A stretch of DNA of 64,000 nt, taken from Chrysomallon squamiferum. Lineage: Eukaryota > Animalia > Mollusca. The stretch spans positions 12,462,001-12,526,000 of the forward strand of contig CM022677.1 of NCBI GenBank assembly GCA_012295275.1, read 5' to 3'. A program made the position numbers and the translations under genes. The notes under the pieces are model-generated. The model saw only the letters and a program-made list of their open reading frames with translations, was not told where the DNA came from and searched no databases. How positions within the stretch are numbered: position 1 is the first letter of the stretch; the number at the start of each line of letters is the position of its first letter. Below are positions 1 to 15,057 of the stretch, piece after piece.

Positions 1-904
1 AACGATGAATTCATTGACAGATCTGGCTGGAGAACATATTTTTATATAAACAATGGGCCGTAACTCTTAAAAGCTTATAATTATGTTGACTAAAAATAGT
101 TGAGATTCAGTGTTAATTAATGGAAACTTCAGTTCCTGACACAAATGAAGTCCAGTTTTAATTTTTTTACAGCTTATAAAAAATAGATACATTATAAAAC
201 ATGTTGAAAGTTAAATATTACGGAAAAAAAAAAAAGGAAGTAATTTTAGTAAATCTTTCACTGTGGGTTAAAGTTAGCTGATTTAAATATACATTTATCA
301 AAATATTTTTTCTTTAGTTTATTTGGAAACATTGTTACGTGATAGGAAATGAATTGGTTAAATTTATTTCAAAACATCCTTAATTTTATCACACTGTTTC
401 GAGTAAGGTTTATGCCCAGGGTTAACTTTAATATGAAAAGCTGCAAGACCTGGAAAAAAAGCATGAGGAGTTTCAAGTATGGTTAGCATTTTGGTTAGGT
501 TTTGGTTAGGTTTAGGTTAGTCCAACTTTTGTGCAGAGTTAAATGTCAGTTAACCTGAAGCGTGTCTTCATTCAGCACAAACTGACAATTTATAGATTTT
601 TGGTAAAAGTAAATCAGTTCTGAAAGAGAACGTCGTTTTAACGAAAACCTTCGAAACTTTTTTTTTTTTTTTTTTTTAAATGTTTTTATTTTATATGTAA
701 AATATATATTTGATAAATTGGCTTTAAAAAAAAAACAAACAAAAAAACAAATAAATAAACAAATAATAAATAAAAAATAAATAAATAAATTAAAAGAAAA
801 ACAGACAATACGTGTGTTGTAATATGATTTGTTAAGCTGTATCAGGTGAAATAATATCGCGTTCTGAAACTAATATCTTTCTACCTGCTAATAAAAGTCA
901 ACTA

Positions 905-1185
905 TAAATACTACTGCTACGTACAAACAACAAAACATAGTAACTGATATCTCAAAAATGTGAATAGATACTAAACTGCATCCTCACTGGGGATCTGTAA
1001 ACTCGTCTTTTAAATCCCGGTGTTACAAAGCATATTTCGTCTTTTCTTCTCTATGCACGCTCGAGTTAGTTTTGGACAAAAGGGACTGATTCACAATAAT
1101 CACAGAGGAGGGACACAGGGCCGGTACTGAGGCTTCAGTGTTTATAGGATGTGGAATAAAACCATATATTATTGTTTCATTTTGA
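905..1185 (+). repeat. ~270-bp local repeat, 5 copies (also ~2570-2830, 8335-8605, 9960-10225, 11690-11870), probably containing a DNA-transposon (PIF/Harbinger-like) end
   Basis: Shared core agggactgattcacaataa..agaggaggg..agggccggta(c/t)tgag in all five copies. The AGGGACTG..GGG..GGGCCGG pattern resembles marine-invertebrate Harbinger-type termini (family call is tentative). Confidence 0.7.
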
Positions 1186-1957
1186 TTTGTTTTGTTTATT
1201 TATTTATTTATTTTTATTTTTATTATTATTATTTTTTTTTAATTTTTAATTTCAGTTTTCTATCAGTTCGTAACCTATAAGTAGAGAAATATGATGCTAA
1301 AAATAAATATTGTGACGTCCGGTTTCTCAAATAGATTACAATACAAATCACTTTAAGACACACACACCACAGACGCATACAAACGTACATACAACTTGGA
1401 TATATATATATATATATGCTGTCTCACAGATACGTGCAAACAACGAAAAATATGTAAAGGAGACATAGTAGTGAATAAATAAATACAAACATAAATAAAT
1501 AAATAATGAATACAGAAGTTACTACTATTACTACTACTTCCACTGCTACTATACTACTACTACTACTACTACTAATAATAATAATAATAATAGTGGTAGC
1601 AGTAGAATTAGTAGTACTAGTATAATTGATATTACTTTTGTTTGCACTACTACTATTATTAATATTACTAGTGTTACTAATTATACTATTACTGTTACTA
1701 TTACTGCCACTACTACTACTAATAAAACTCAGCTATAACTACTACTGCTAATATTTGTATAAGTTATTACTACTACTTCAACGACAACTACTTCTATTAC
1801 TAGCTACGACAATTACTACTACTACTAAGAATAATTGTAATTAATCAGTGTGAACAGTATGCCAGTAATATATTTCATAAGGAACAGTACATATAAATAA
1901 TCAAAATCAAATAAAATGTGAATGCAGTTAAATAAAATAACAAAATAACGATTTTCA

Positions 1958-1998
<41 letters not shown>

Positions 1999-3016
1999 GG
2001 AAAATACCAACGTAATAAATATAATAAAAAGTAAATTCATATTAACTAGAACATCTAGTAAATTTACGACGATATTAAATGCCAGGATATAAACGATGGA
2101 ATCAGTTACAACTACAACTAATAATCAGTTCAGTTTTTGTGGAACTGTCATAAAAGCTATACATTTCATAAATAAACCAAATTAAATAAAAATGAGCAAA
2201 CGAACGAACAAAATGACGACTGAACTAATGAGGGAACCAGAGAAAGAGAAAAACTAAAATAAAAAATACTGAAAATAAACATAAAAAAGGGAAACAAAAT
2301 TAACACTGTCACAACACAACTGAAGGCGTTATTATCATTGATGTTGTTTTTGTGTCATTGCAGTTACCGTTATTATTTCTTTATTGTTGTTATTACTATT
2401 ACTATTACTTTTATTATTATTATTATTATTGTTGTTGTTGTGGTTGTTGTTATTAATCCTATTTGTGTTGTTGTTGTTATTATTATTATTATTATTATTA
2501 CTCTATGACGCACTGTTTAAAATGTTCTATTCACAGATTATGAAGGATGATCTTTAACCCTCTCTCTCATTACTACGTACAAACAACAAAATTTAGTAAC
2601 TGATATTTGAAAAACGTGACTAGATACTAAACTGCATCCTCACTGGGGATCTGTAAACTCGTCTTTTAAAGCCCAGTGTTACAAATCATATTTCATCTTT
2701 TCTTCTCTATTCACGCTCGAGTTGGTTGGAGCAAGGGACTGATTCACAATAATCACAGAGGAGGGGAACAGGGCCGGTACTGAGAGTTCAGTATGTTTAA
2801 GATGAGGTTCAAAACCATATATTTGTGTTTTATTTTATTGAGAAAAACAGTTGCACACACAGACAGATAGACAGAGATCCAACAGCAACACTGAAAACAT
2901 TATAATGTTAAATGGTTTGTTACTTGTTACTTGTTATTCAATGGTATTTATTTAAATAATATTGTTTTGTTTTTTTGTTTGTTTAATTAGAATAAAAATA
3001 TATTCAGAGAGAGCAG

Positions 3017-3019
<3 letters not shown>

Positions 3020-3106
<87 letters not shown>
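3020..3106. repeat. (AG)n microsatellite; paralogous longer tract at 12103-12300
   Basis: Seen directly. It explains the SLSL/RERE ORFs. Confidence 0.97.
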
Positions 3107-3110
<4 letters not shown>

Positions 3111-4379
3111 CTGCATCAACTAAGTTCCTGTGTTTGCTGTTTAAAAAGTAATTATGAATAATGGATGACTGACTAACACTACTTATTTTTGTGACAAATG
3201 TTCTGTAATGATTAGAATGTAGCTTACAGGCGCCCTGCACGTTACACACGTATCAGTAACAGTAAGAATGTCTTCATGTTTTCCACTGTGTGGATAAAAA
3301 GAAACACAATAACAGTTATCTGATTCACATGTCGTAATACAGTGACTGGAACTTATCGACACTCAGGTTAAATAAGATGACTAAAATTCAGCAATTTTTT
3401 GTTTACAGTTTTGTGGAGTAGAATTTGTTGTTCTGAATAGGTGAGATAAAATACGAGTAAATCTCCAACCCAAACATTTTAGATTTTTTTATTATTAGTA
3501 GTAGTAGTAGCAGTAGTAGTACTAGTATAACTACTACTACTACAATTGCTGCTATTATTATTACTATTATAAGTATTATTAAAGTATTATTATTATTGAT
3601 ATTTGAAACAATGACATTGGAAAAAGTTTGACTTTGTACTGTATCGTTTAAAAACATCACTATATGAACGAGCTTACTGAAAGGCTATGAAAACCAGCGA
3701 AGCGATAACTTGTATTATTCATACTGGACGTTTTTGTGCTCATGTTTTCTAAATAATCTGGTTCAACAAAACATTCATTCACAATATCAACAAGATGTCA
3801 AAATTGTGACGGTTTTATTCAGACACACTATTCTCACACACACACACACACACGTAAGGTAAACTGCAAATTAAAACACTTAGTAACACGTAAGCTAAAC
3901 GCAAATATTCAATCCCTGTTCAATTCCCTATTTCCAAACATTTGAGAATTGCTCTCTGATTCAAACAGAAATATACTTGCTTGGTTTAGCTAAATAATAA
4001 AATATACAACATTATAATTTCATGAATTTAATTGCTTCTTTCTTTCTTTCTGTCTTTATTTATTTATCTTAAATAGAACGAAATAAAATATATATAATAA
4101 AGGAATATATATTACTATTATTTTATTACCATTGTGTATACCTGACTAAAATCATATATTCACCTTCTATCATGTTTTCGTTATTATAGTTTATTTATAT
4201 ATCTTACGAAAAACCTGATACTATTCAAATTTAAAGAAGAAGTAATTTTGGCGGCTAAATGTATTATCTTTCTCCGACCTTCTACAAACCAGTTGCTGTG
4301 TCTATTATTACCGCACGTGTGATAGACTGTAACACGCATTTTAAAAATTAATGAACTGCACTCCTTATGTTAAGGTGTT

Positions 4380-4622
4380 GTTACTTTCACTGCTGTTTAC
4401 TTTACCACAACCATTTAAAACATTCACGATTATTTTTATCTCAGAAGAAACAAAAGTGTTCTAGAAAAAGTTTCAAGACGTCCACCCCTTTATTGAAATT
4501 GGTTTATTCCACTCACCGAGTGACGTCTGTCAAAACCGGCTTGTTCGCCAGCAAACTGACATTTCAGACGAATAGAAGAGAACTGTTTGCAGGTGTTAAA
4601 ATTTTCATTTCTTAAGACAAAG
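4380..4622 (+). promoter_or_regulatory. Duplicated putative TRIM promoter and non-coding first exon (orphan copy)
   Basis: Near-identical to 13665-13905. Locally CpG-richer, contains gtgacgtc (CRE-like), and ends in the strong donor AAAG|GTAAGA at 4622/4623. Confidence 0.55.
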
Positions 4623-4630
4623 GTAAGAAG

Positions 4631-4690
<60 letters not shown>

Positions 4691-4796
4691 TTTTTTTGTT
4701 GTTCTTGTTATTTCGTTAGTGTAAGATATTATAAAATAAAACAGTAATCTAGGTTATTTTCATAATAAAATTTTTGTACAAAATTGTTTAGTGTTA

Positions 4797-4935
4797 GAGT
4801 GGAGGTTGTTGCTCAGTGGTCAGAGAAAAGCAGTGTCTGGCGATGTGTTGTCGCATTTATCTTTCTCGATTACTTTATCAGTGAATGAAGCCATTTAACT
4901 GCAGATTAAAAATGTGTTGAGTTCGACGTTAATAA
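4797..4935 (+). mobile_element. Degenerate tRNA-derived SINE (paralogue at ~14057-14185)
   Basis: A-box-like tggctcagtggtcagag in the 14 kb copy. The 3' tail gccat..tgttgagttcgacgttaa resembles gastropod SINE tails. Confidence 0.45.
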
Positions 4936-5557
4936 AATAATGTTCAGCAGCAATCAGAAATTTATTCGTTTACTATGAAATGTTTCGTTCTTATTACACT
5001 GTGAATGTCACGATTCTTTCATTGTCCACATTCGAGTTTTACCATGAAAATGAGTGAGCTTGGTTACGTAGCATAGGCCGAAATAGTGGTGTGCGAAATT
5101 ACCTTGCAGCATTCCTTGACACGTCACAAATGTTTATTTATTTATTTATTTCATGCTTTGTTTCATATAACGTATTAAAGTGGAACTGTCGTTTTCCTTC
5201 TCAAACTGACGTTAAATTTAGCAAGTTTGTAATTCACTTTAATAGTTCTTTTATTTTCTTACAAACAAAATAAAATTAATAAATGAATCAATAAATGAGT
5301 ACTTTAAATAGCATATTTATAATTTTATAATTAAATTCGCACGTTTATTTATTTATTTTATCCTTTCATTTATTTATTTATTTATATATTCCGTTGGCCC
5401 TTTGAAGTAAACGGAATTGATATTTTATTTTTATTTTGTGTGTGAATGTTTTCTTTACTTTTGTTTGTTTGTTGTTTTGATTCAAAAATCTTTTGATTTT
5501 GACCTCCAGTCAGTTCTTTTCAACTGCTATTCTTGTCTCTTATTGCTATTTATTCAT

Positions 5558-5592
<35 letters not shown>

Positions 5593-5597
5593 TGATG

Positions 5598-5642
<45 letters not shown>

Positions 5643-6487
5643 TTGTTTATTTATTTATTTATTTTTTTTTGTTATAATATTTAATCATATCAAAATATAC
5701 TTTTTTATATAAAAATGCATTTGTTTTATTTTCTAAAATCTTCAGAATATGAAATATGTATTATAATTTTCTTCAAGTGTAAATACATACATTTAATTCT
5801 CTCTGTGTGAAAATGTAAAATTATACAATTTAGAATTTTCTGAATATGAATGTGTGAATAAAATGCCTTTTGTAAACTGTGAATGTGAAAAAATGACTCA
5901 ATATTTTTTACTGAAATGTACGCAGCAAACTAATAGAAACACATTCTATGTATCAGTTCATGTCTTTTGTTTATTGAGACTACTGAATCAAGATTAATAA
6001 AGCGTAATTTTTATATTACTGACTGTCACGCGGATTCCTCTAAGTTGTAAATGTGTATCTGTCTCGGGCAGATAATAACGAGAACGTTACAATGGCAACG
6101 ACGGCGGCATTAGCAGCGATAATAATAATATATTTTAGTATAAATTGGAAAGAAAACAAAAATATCGTTGTTGGCGGTGTTGTTAGGTACTCAAAAGTAA
6201 TTTTCAGTTTAGGATATAAAGGTTTACTACAGTTAACTATAACTGTACATCTTTTTATCCTGATTTCAGAAACAAAATATTTAAAATTGTTAGTCAAATT
6301 GTTCAAAAGTTATGGATTTTTTAATATAAAATAAAAATTAAACACACATACACACTCACAGATATACAAACATACACACACAGAATTATTAACAAAATAA
6401 ATTAGTCTGAGTTTGACCAACTACTCGGAGAGAGTTGTTACACTGTTAACAATTACTAATTGTTAGTAACTTTCCCCACCTTACAAA

Positions 6488-6571
6488 CGTTATACAGTGT
6501 TATACAGTGTTATACAGTGTTATACTGTGTTACACAGTGTTATACTGTGTTGCACAGTGTTATACAGTGTT
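6488..6571. repeat. 10-bp tandem repeat (tatacagtgt)
   Basis: About 8 imperfect copies seen directly. Confidence 0.9.
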
Positions 6572-9500
6572 CCTTACTGTTTATTCGATACCGAATGGGG
6601 AGACGAGATCTTTCTCATTTCACTAACAACAGTACGTTATTTTTTTATAACAAATAATTATTCAGCTATTTCTAATATAGCAGAAATTAAACCGTTAGTT
6701 AACTTAGTCAATTCAGAAATTATAGCTCGACCAACTCATTTATCATTATTATTACTATGACCGTCGCTGTTGTTGTTACGAGAGGCTGAGAAATACAGTT
6801 AAGGTTATAACCGTCTCATTATTTTAAAGTGTGTATACAACAACAGCAACAATAAAATTATTTGTATTTGCAAGTTATCTATATTATTGTTGTTGTTGTT
6901 GTTGTTGTTGTTGTTTGTTGTTGGCGGTGTTGTTAGGTACTCAAAAGTAATTTTAAGTTTAGGAAATAAAGGTTGACTACAGTTAACTATAACTGTAGAT
7001 CTTTTTATCCTGATTTCAGAAACATAATATTATTTTTTATATTTTAATTAATTAATTATTTATTTTTGTTCGGATATATATTATTTTGTTATGAATTAAG
7101 AATTCATTACAAACAGTAGAATGATCAAATTAATTTATTAATTAATTAAAGATTTAAAAAAAAATAGAAAAAAGAAGAAAAATGCGACCCCCAGAAAAAA
7201 GGATGTCAATATTACATGTGTCCGATTGGTCCTGTGGTGTAACACTGTCTATATTACATGTAACAAACTGGTCAGATGATGTATCGTTATCCATGTTACA
7301 TATAACAGACTGGCTTGTAACAAACAAGAAGAAGGAAAAGATAAAGTTCAGAAAACAGTGACAAAGAAATGAAACAACTGGAGTGTGTACTTGATCGACT
7401 GGAGAACGTTATCTCTTGTTGACGGAATGATTATACTGGAATTAATGATGGAAGTGAAATGAGTAAAGATGAATGCATTGAATGATCTGGCTTGAGAACA
7501 CATTTTTATACAAACAAAGGATCATAACTCTGAAAAGCTTATAATTATTATGATTAAAAATAGTTGAGATTCAGTATTAATTCCTGACACAAATGAAGTC
7601 CAGTTTTTAAATTTTTTACTGCTTATACAAAATGTTAATTACATTATAAAACATGTTGAAAGTTAAATATTGCGGAAAAAAAATAAAGTTATTTTAGTAA
7701 ATTTTTCAATGTGGGTTAAAGTTAGCTGATTTAAATATACATTTATCAAAATATGTTTTCTTTAGTTTATTTGGAAACATTGTTAAGTGATAGGAAATGA
7801 TTTGGTTAGATTTATTTCAAAACATCCTTAATTTTATCACACTGTTACGAGTTAGGTTTATGCCCAGGGTTAGCTTAAATAGCCGAAAATGCTGCAAGAC
7901 CTGGAAAATCATATAGGAGTTTCAGAAGTATGGTTAGCATTTTGGTTAGGTTTTGGTTAGGTTTAGGTTAGTCCAACTTTTGTGCAGATTTAAATATCAG
8001 TTAACCTGAAGCGTGTCTTCATTCAGCACAAACTGACAATTTATAGATTTTTGGTAAAAGTAAATCAGTTCTGAAAGAGAACGTCATTTTAACGAAAACC
8101 TTCAATTTTTTTTTTTTTTTTTTTTTTAATGTTTTATTTTATATGTAAATATATATTTGATAAATTGGCTTTTAAAAAACAAACAAACAAACAAATAAAT
8201 AAATAAATAAATAAATTAAAAGAAAAACAGACAATACGTATGTTGTAATATGATTTGTTAAGCTGTATCAGGTGAAATAATATCGCGTTCTGAAACTAAT
8301 ATCTTTCTACCTGCTAATAAAAGTCAACTATAAATACTACTGCTACGTACAAACAACAACACATAGTAACTGATATCTCAAAAACGTGATTAGCTACTAA
8401 ACTGGATACCTCAGTGATATCTGTAAACTCATCTTTTAAAGCCCAAAGTTACAAATCATGTTTCGTCTTTTCTTCTCTATGCACGCTCGAGTTAGTTGGA
8501 GCAAGGGACTGATTCACAATAATCACAGAGGAGGGGAATAGGGCCGGTACTGAGGCTTCAGTGTTTTTAGGATGAGGAATAAAACCATATATTTTTGTTT
8601 CATTTTGATTATTTATTTATTTTTTTATTTTTATTTTTATTATTTTTTTTTAAATATTTTCAATATGATTTCAGTTTTCTATCACTTCGTAACCTATAAG
8701 TAGAGAAATATGATGCTAAAAATAAATATTGCGACGTCAGGTTTCTAAAATAGATTACAATACAAATCACTTTCACACACGCACAACATACGCATACACA
8801 CGTACATACATCTTCGATATATATATCCTGTCTCACTGATATATATATATACACGTACATACATCTTCGATATATATATATATATATATATATCCTGTCT
8901 CACTGATACGTGCAAACAACGAAAAATATTTAAAGGAAGACATAGTAATGAATAAACAAATACAAACATAAATACAAAAATAATAATGAATACAGAAGTA
9001 AGGGCAATACTAATATTACTACTACTATTACTACTACTAATAATAATAATAGTGGTACTATAATTGTATTACTTTTGTTTACTACTATTATTATTATTAC
9101 TAGTGTTACTAGTTATACTACTACTGTTACTATTACTGCCACTACTACTACTAATAATAATATAACTCAGCTATAAATACTACTGCTAATATTTGTATTA
9201 GTTATTATTGCTACTCCAACGACAACTACTTCTATTACTGGCTACGACAATTACTACTACTACTAAGAATGATTGTAATTAATCAGTGTGAACAGTATGC
9301 CAGTAATACATTTCATAAGGAACAGTACATATAAATAATAAAAATCAAATAAAATGTGAATGCAGTTAAATAAAATAACAAAATAACGGTTTTCAGTGTA
9401 TATATATATATTTTAAGGGAAAATACCAACGTAATAAATAAAATAAAGTAAAGTCATATTACCTAGAACATCCAGGAAATTTTAATTCCAGGATCATTTA

Positions 9501-9837
9501 ATAAACGGCGGATGGGCCTGACTACTATAGCTGCAACTACAACAAAAAATAATAATCAGTTACAGTTTTTGTGCAACTGTCATAAAGAAGCTATATATTT
9601 CATAAGTAAATCAAATTAAATAAAAATGAGCAAACGAACGAACAAAATGACGGCTAAACTAATGAGGGAACCAAAGAAAGGGAAACAATAAAATAAAAAA
9701 ATACTGAAAATAAACATGAAAAGGGAAAGAAAACTAACAGTGTCACAACACAGCTGAAGGCGTTGTTATCATTGATGTTGTTTTTCTGTCGTTTCTGTTA
9801 CTGTTCAAACAGTTATCGTTATTATTTATTATTGTGG

Positions 9838-9892
<55 letters not shown>

Positions 9893-10514
9893 TGTATGAC
9901 GCACTGTATAAAATATTCTGTTCACAAATATGAAGGATGATCTTTGACCCCCTCTCTCATTACTACGTACAAACAACAAAACTTAGTAACTGATATCTCA
10001 AAAACGTGACTAGATACTAAACTGCATCCTCACTGGGGATCTGTAAACTTATCTTTTAAAACCCGGTGTTACAAATCATGTTTCGTCTTTTCTTCTCTAT
10101 TCACGCTCGAGTTAGTTGGAGCAAGGGACTGATTCACAATAATGACAGAGGAGGGGAACAGGGCCGGTACTGAGGCTTCAGAATTTTTAGGATGAGGAAT
10201 AAAACCGTATATTATTGTTTCATTTTTTTTTTTTTTTTTTTTGTTTGTTCGTTTGTTTATTTATTTATTTAGTTTTTTTTAATTTATTTTGTGTTTATTT
10301 ATTTTGTTTTTTTATATTTTCAAATTGATTTCAGTTTTCTAACACATCATAACCTATAAGTAGAGAGATATGCTAAAATTAATAGGAAATGACGTCATAT
10401 TTCTAAAATAGGTTACAATATAAATCACTTTCACACTCACAGCACACACACACATATGCGTTTTAACGTAACAAGAACAGTAACAGCAACTTCGATATAT
10501 ATATATATTTGACG

Positions 10515-10775
10515 ATCGTTCTTTTGTTGTTTTATTTAATTGCATTCACATTTTATTTGATTCTGATTATTTATTTGTACTGTTCCTTACATACTGCTCA
10601 TACATGATTAATTACAGTTATTCTTAGCAAGTAATAGAAGTAGTTGTCGTTGAAGTAGTAGTAATAACTAATACATATATTAGCAAGTAGTATTTATAGC
10701 TGAGTTTTATTATTAGTAGTAATAGTAGTACTAGTAGCAGTAGTAGTAATAGTAGTAGTAGAACTAGTAATATTA

Positions 10776-10810
<35 letters not shown>

Positions 10811-10933
10811 TGCAATAAAAAGTAATAGGAATTATAGCCATAGTTGTTTTAGTACTACTACTACTACAACACCTAGGACTATTACTACTAAACTATTATT
10901 ATTATTATTATTGTTGCTCTTACCTCTATATGC

Positions 10934-10969
<36 letters not shown>

Positions 10970-11072
10970 TTTTTTTTATTTATTTATTTATTTATGTTTT
11001 ATTTATTTATTCATTACTATGTCTTCCTTTACATATTGTTTCGTTGTTTGCTCTTATGAATGAGACAGGATA
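10515..11072 (-). repeat. Inverted copy of ~8890-9385 (and ~1415-1950)
   Basis: For example, 10541 tgcattcacattttatttga is the reverse complement of 9345 tcaaataaaatgtgaatgca, and 11060 atgagacaggata matches the reverse complement of 8891 tatcctgtctca. Confidence 0.88.
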
Positions 11073-11244
11073 AACCTATAAGTAGAGAGATATGATGTTT
11101 GCAGAGCTAAAAGTAAATACTGTGACGTCATCTCTCTAAAATATATTACAATAGAAATCAGTTACACACACACACACACAAGTGTATTTTAACGTAACGA
11201 GAAGTAACAACAACTTCTATATATATATATATATATATATATAT

Positions 11245-11448
11245 GGCCGAGCTCGTATCTCAATTTGTCGTATATCAAATCAATTTTCCCAACTGAAATT
11301 AAATGAAATACCATTAATCTGTTCCAGCCCCTCAAAAAGCCTTTATCGTCTCCTTCAGCTTCTGAAACTCGCTCATAACTCGGATTTTGTCTCGCAAGTC
11401 AAAGCAAAAAATCGACCGGGCGACTGCTCGTAACTCGAGGTACTATTG
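11245..11448. mobile_element. Tc1/mariner (pogo/Tigger-like) MITE fragment within TA/TG repeats
   Basis: Ends ctcgtaactcgaggtactattg, whose reverse complement CAATAGTACCTCGAGTTACGAG resembles a Tigger-type TIR. Sits next to (TA)n. The left TIR is missing. Confidence 0.6.
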
Positions 11449-11468
11449 TGTGCGTGTGTGTGTGTGTG

Positions 11469-11518
<50 letters not shown>

Positions 11519-11597
11519 CCTGTCTCTCTCTTTCACACGTGCAAACAACGAAACAAATGTAAAGAAAGATATAGAAACGAATAAATAAATACAAACA

Positions 11598-11628
<31 letters not shown>

Positions 11629-12099
11629 ATACAGAAGTAAAATCAAGAGAACTGGTAGGTTAAAGAAAACAAAAGGAATACCCTAGATACGAACAACGTG
11701 ACTACAAATTAAATTTGATACGTCACTGGATATCTTAAACACGTGTTTTAAGTCCAGGTGTTAGAGATTATGTTTCGTCTTTTGTTTACTGCACGTTCAA
11801 GTTAGTTTAAACAAGGGACTGATTCACAATAACCTAAGAGGAGGGTGATAGGGCCGGTATTGAGATTTGTAAAAATTAATGGTGAGAAATAAAATTTAGA
11901 AAGATAGTTGAACAAACAGACAAATAGACAGAGATCTAACAGCAACACAGAAAACATTATAATGTTAAATGTTTCACCATTTACTTGTTATTTAATGCTA
12001 TTTATTTCAATATTATTGCAAACGTTTTTGTTTGTTTGTTTGTGTAATTAGAAAAAATATATATTCTTTGGTGTGCAGTGTTTCGTTTTTTTCTCCCCT

Positions 12100-12303
<204 letters not shown>

Positions 12304-12765
12304 CCCTGCAATAGCTAAGACTTCCTGCATCAACTGAGTTCCTGTATTTGCAGTTTTGAAAAGTAATTATGAATAATGACTAACAGACTAACACTACTTG
12401 TTTTGTTTCGTTTTATACGTGACAAATATTCTGTAATGACTAGAATGTAGCTTACAGGCGCCCTACACTTTACACACATATCAGTAACAGCAAGAATGTC
12501 TTCTGTTTTCCACTGTGTGGATAAAAAGAAACACAATAATAGTTATCTGATACACATGTCGTGTATACAGTGGCTGGAACAGAATATACTCAGGTTAAAT
12601 AAGATGACTAAAATTCAGCAATTTTTGTTTACAGTAGAATTTGTTTTTATGAATAGGTGAGATAAAATAAGAGTAAATCTCCAACCCAGACATTTTAGAT
12701 TTTATTATTATTATTATTAGTTGTAGTAGTAATAATAATATTAGTAGTAGTAGTACTACTGCTGC

Positions 12766-12799
<34 letters not shown>

Positions 12800-12997
12800 T
12801 AAAGTATTATTAAAGTATTATTATTATTAAAAGTATTTGATATTTGAAAATAGTTTGACTTTGTACTGTATCGTTTAAAAACTTCACTATAATGAACGAG
12901 CTAACTGAAAGGCTATGAAAACCAGCGAAGCGATAACTTGTATTATTCATACTGGTTTGTAGGACGTTTTTGGGCTCATGTTTTTCAGAGACACTAT

Positions 12998-13062
<65 letters not shown>

Positions 13063-13664
13063 TTAAGAATGATATGAAAGTTATCACCTTTCTAATAAAT
13101 ACGTAAGGTAAACTGCAAGATGTGTTAAATTAAAATACTTAGAAAACAATTGTGTTACGTATATTTGTCAGCTAGTAACACTGCTGACATAATATTCAAT
13201 CCCCTGTTCAATTCCCTATTTCCAAACCCTGGAGAATTGCTCTCTGATTCAAACAGAAATTTACTTACTTGGTTTAACTAAACAATAAAATATATAATAA
13301 TATAATTTCATGAATTTAATCGTTTCTTTCTTTCTGTCTGTCTTTATTTATTTATTTTAAATAGAATGAAATAAAATTTATATAATAAAGGAATATATAT
13401 TACTATTCTTTTATTAATATTGTGTATACGTGGCTAAAATCATATATTGACCTTGTTTCACGTCTTTCATTATTATTGTTTATTTGTGTATTTGTATATT
13501 TAAGAAAAGACCTGATGCTTTAATGAAGAAGTAATTTTCGCGGCTAAATGTATTATGTTTCTCCGATCTTCTACAAACCAGTTGCTGTGTCATTATTACC
13601 ATAGGTGTGATAGACTGTAACACACATTTAAAAAATTAATGAACTGCTCTATGTTAAGGTAGTT

Positions 13665-13905
13665 GTTACTTTTACTGCTGTTTACTGTACCTGAAGCATT
13701 TAAAACTTTCACGATTATTTTTTACTCAGAAGAAACAAAAGTGTTCTAAAAAATGTCAGGGCGTCCACCCCTTTATTGAAATTGGTATATTCCACTCACC
13801 CAGTGACGTCTGTCAAAACCGGCTTGTCTGCCAGCAAACTGACATTGCAGACGAATAGAAGAGAATTGTTTGCATGTGTTAAAATTTTCATTTCTTAAGA
13901 CAAAG
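13665..13905 (+). promoter_or_regulatory. Putative promoter and non-coding exon 1 of the TRIM-like gene
   Basis: Donor AAAG|GTAAGA at 13905/13906. The acceptor ttcacAG at 15184 lies 2 nt before the ATG, so an upstream UTR exon is required. Confidence 0.6.
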
Positions 13906-14379
13906 GTAAGAAGATTTATTATTATTATTATTATTATTATTTGTTGTTGTTGTTGTTGTTGTTGTTGTCGTTGTCGTTAGTGAAAGATATTATAAAATAA
14001 AAAGTAATCTAGGTTATTTTCATAATAAAATTTCTGTACAAAATTGTTTTGTGTTAGAGTGGAGGGTGTGGCTCAGTGGTCAGAGAAAAGTAGTGTCTGG
14101 CGATGTGTTGTCGCATTTATCTTTGTCGATTACTTTATCAGTGAATGAAGCCATTAAAAATGTGTTGAGTTCGACGTTAATAAAATAATGTTCAGCAGCA
14201 AGCAGAAATTCATTCGTTCACTATGAAATGTTTCGTTCTTATTACACTGAATACATTATTTCTTTCATTGTCAGCATGCGAGTTTTACCATGAAAATGAG
14301 TGAGCTTGGTTACGTAGTATAGGCCGAAATAGTGGTGTGCGAAATTACCTTGCAGCATTCATGGACACGTCACAAATGT

Positions 14380-14414
<35 letters not shown>

Positions 14415-14786
14415 TTTCATGCTTTGTTTCATATAACGTATTACAGTAGAACTGTCGTTTTCCTTCTCAAACTTACTTCACAAGGTTAAATTTAGCAAGT
14501 TTGTAATTCACTTTAATAGTTCTTTTATTTTTTTACAAACAAAATGAAATTAATAAATGAATAAATAAATGAGTAGCTTAAATAGCATATTTATAATTTT
14601 ATAATTAAATTCGCACGTTTGTTTATTTATTTTATCCTTTCATTTATTTATTTATTTGTATATTCCGTTGGCCCTTTGATATTTTATTTTTATTTTGTGT
14701 GTGAATTTTTTCTTTACTTTTGTTTGTTTGTGGTTTTGATTCAAAAATCTTTTAATTTTGACCTCCACTGCTATTCTTGTTATCTC

Positions 14787-14890
<104 letters not shown>

Positions 14891-14999
14891 TAGTTACATT
14901 TTTCTTTCTCTGTATTTTCCTTTTTATCTTCTCTGATTCTTCTATGTTGTTGCTGTTGTTATTATTGTTATCAACTGCTATTCTTGTTATCTCTTATTG

Positions 15000-15057
<58 letters not shown>

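Larger units (their letters stand above)
1..5650 (+). repeat. Segmental duplication copy A (TRIM upstream region, 5' exon and most of intron 1, no CDS)
   Basis: Colinear with 7465-~15050. Position 1 aacgatgaat matches 7465 aaagatgaat, and donor 4622 matches donor 13905. Similarity ends in the (ATTT)n/(ATT)n tract. Confidence 0.92.

Noticed and set aside
480-521. TTAGG-like repeats (also ~7932-7971) as telomeric sequence
   Set aside because: Only a few imperfect units, internal to a duplicated block, and not a (TTAGGG)n array.
2617-2640. tgactagatactaaactgcatcc resembles miR-279 (UGACUAGA seed)
   Set aside because: No convincing hairpin partner, and the seed is altered in three of the five copies.
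7200-7320. Short ORF with 14-aa repeats (SILHVxxWS)
   Set aside because: Three degenerate ~42-bp repeat units with no splice or homology support.
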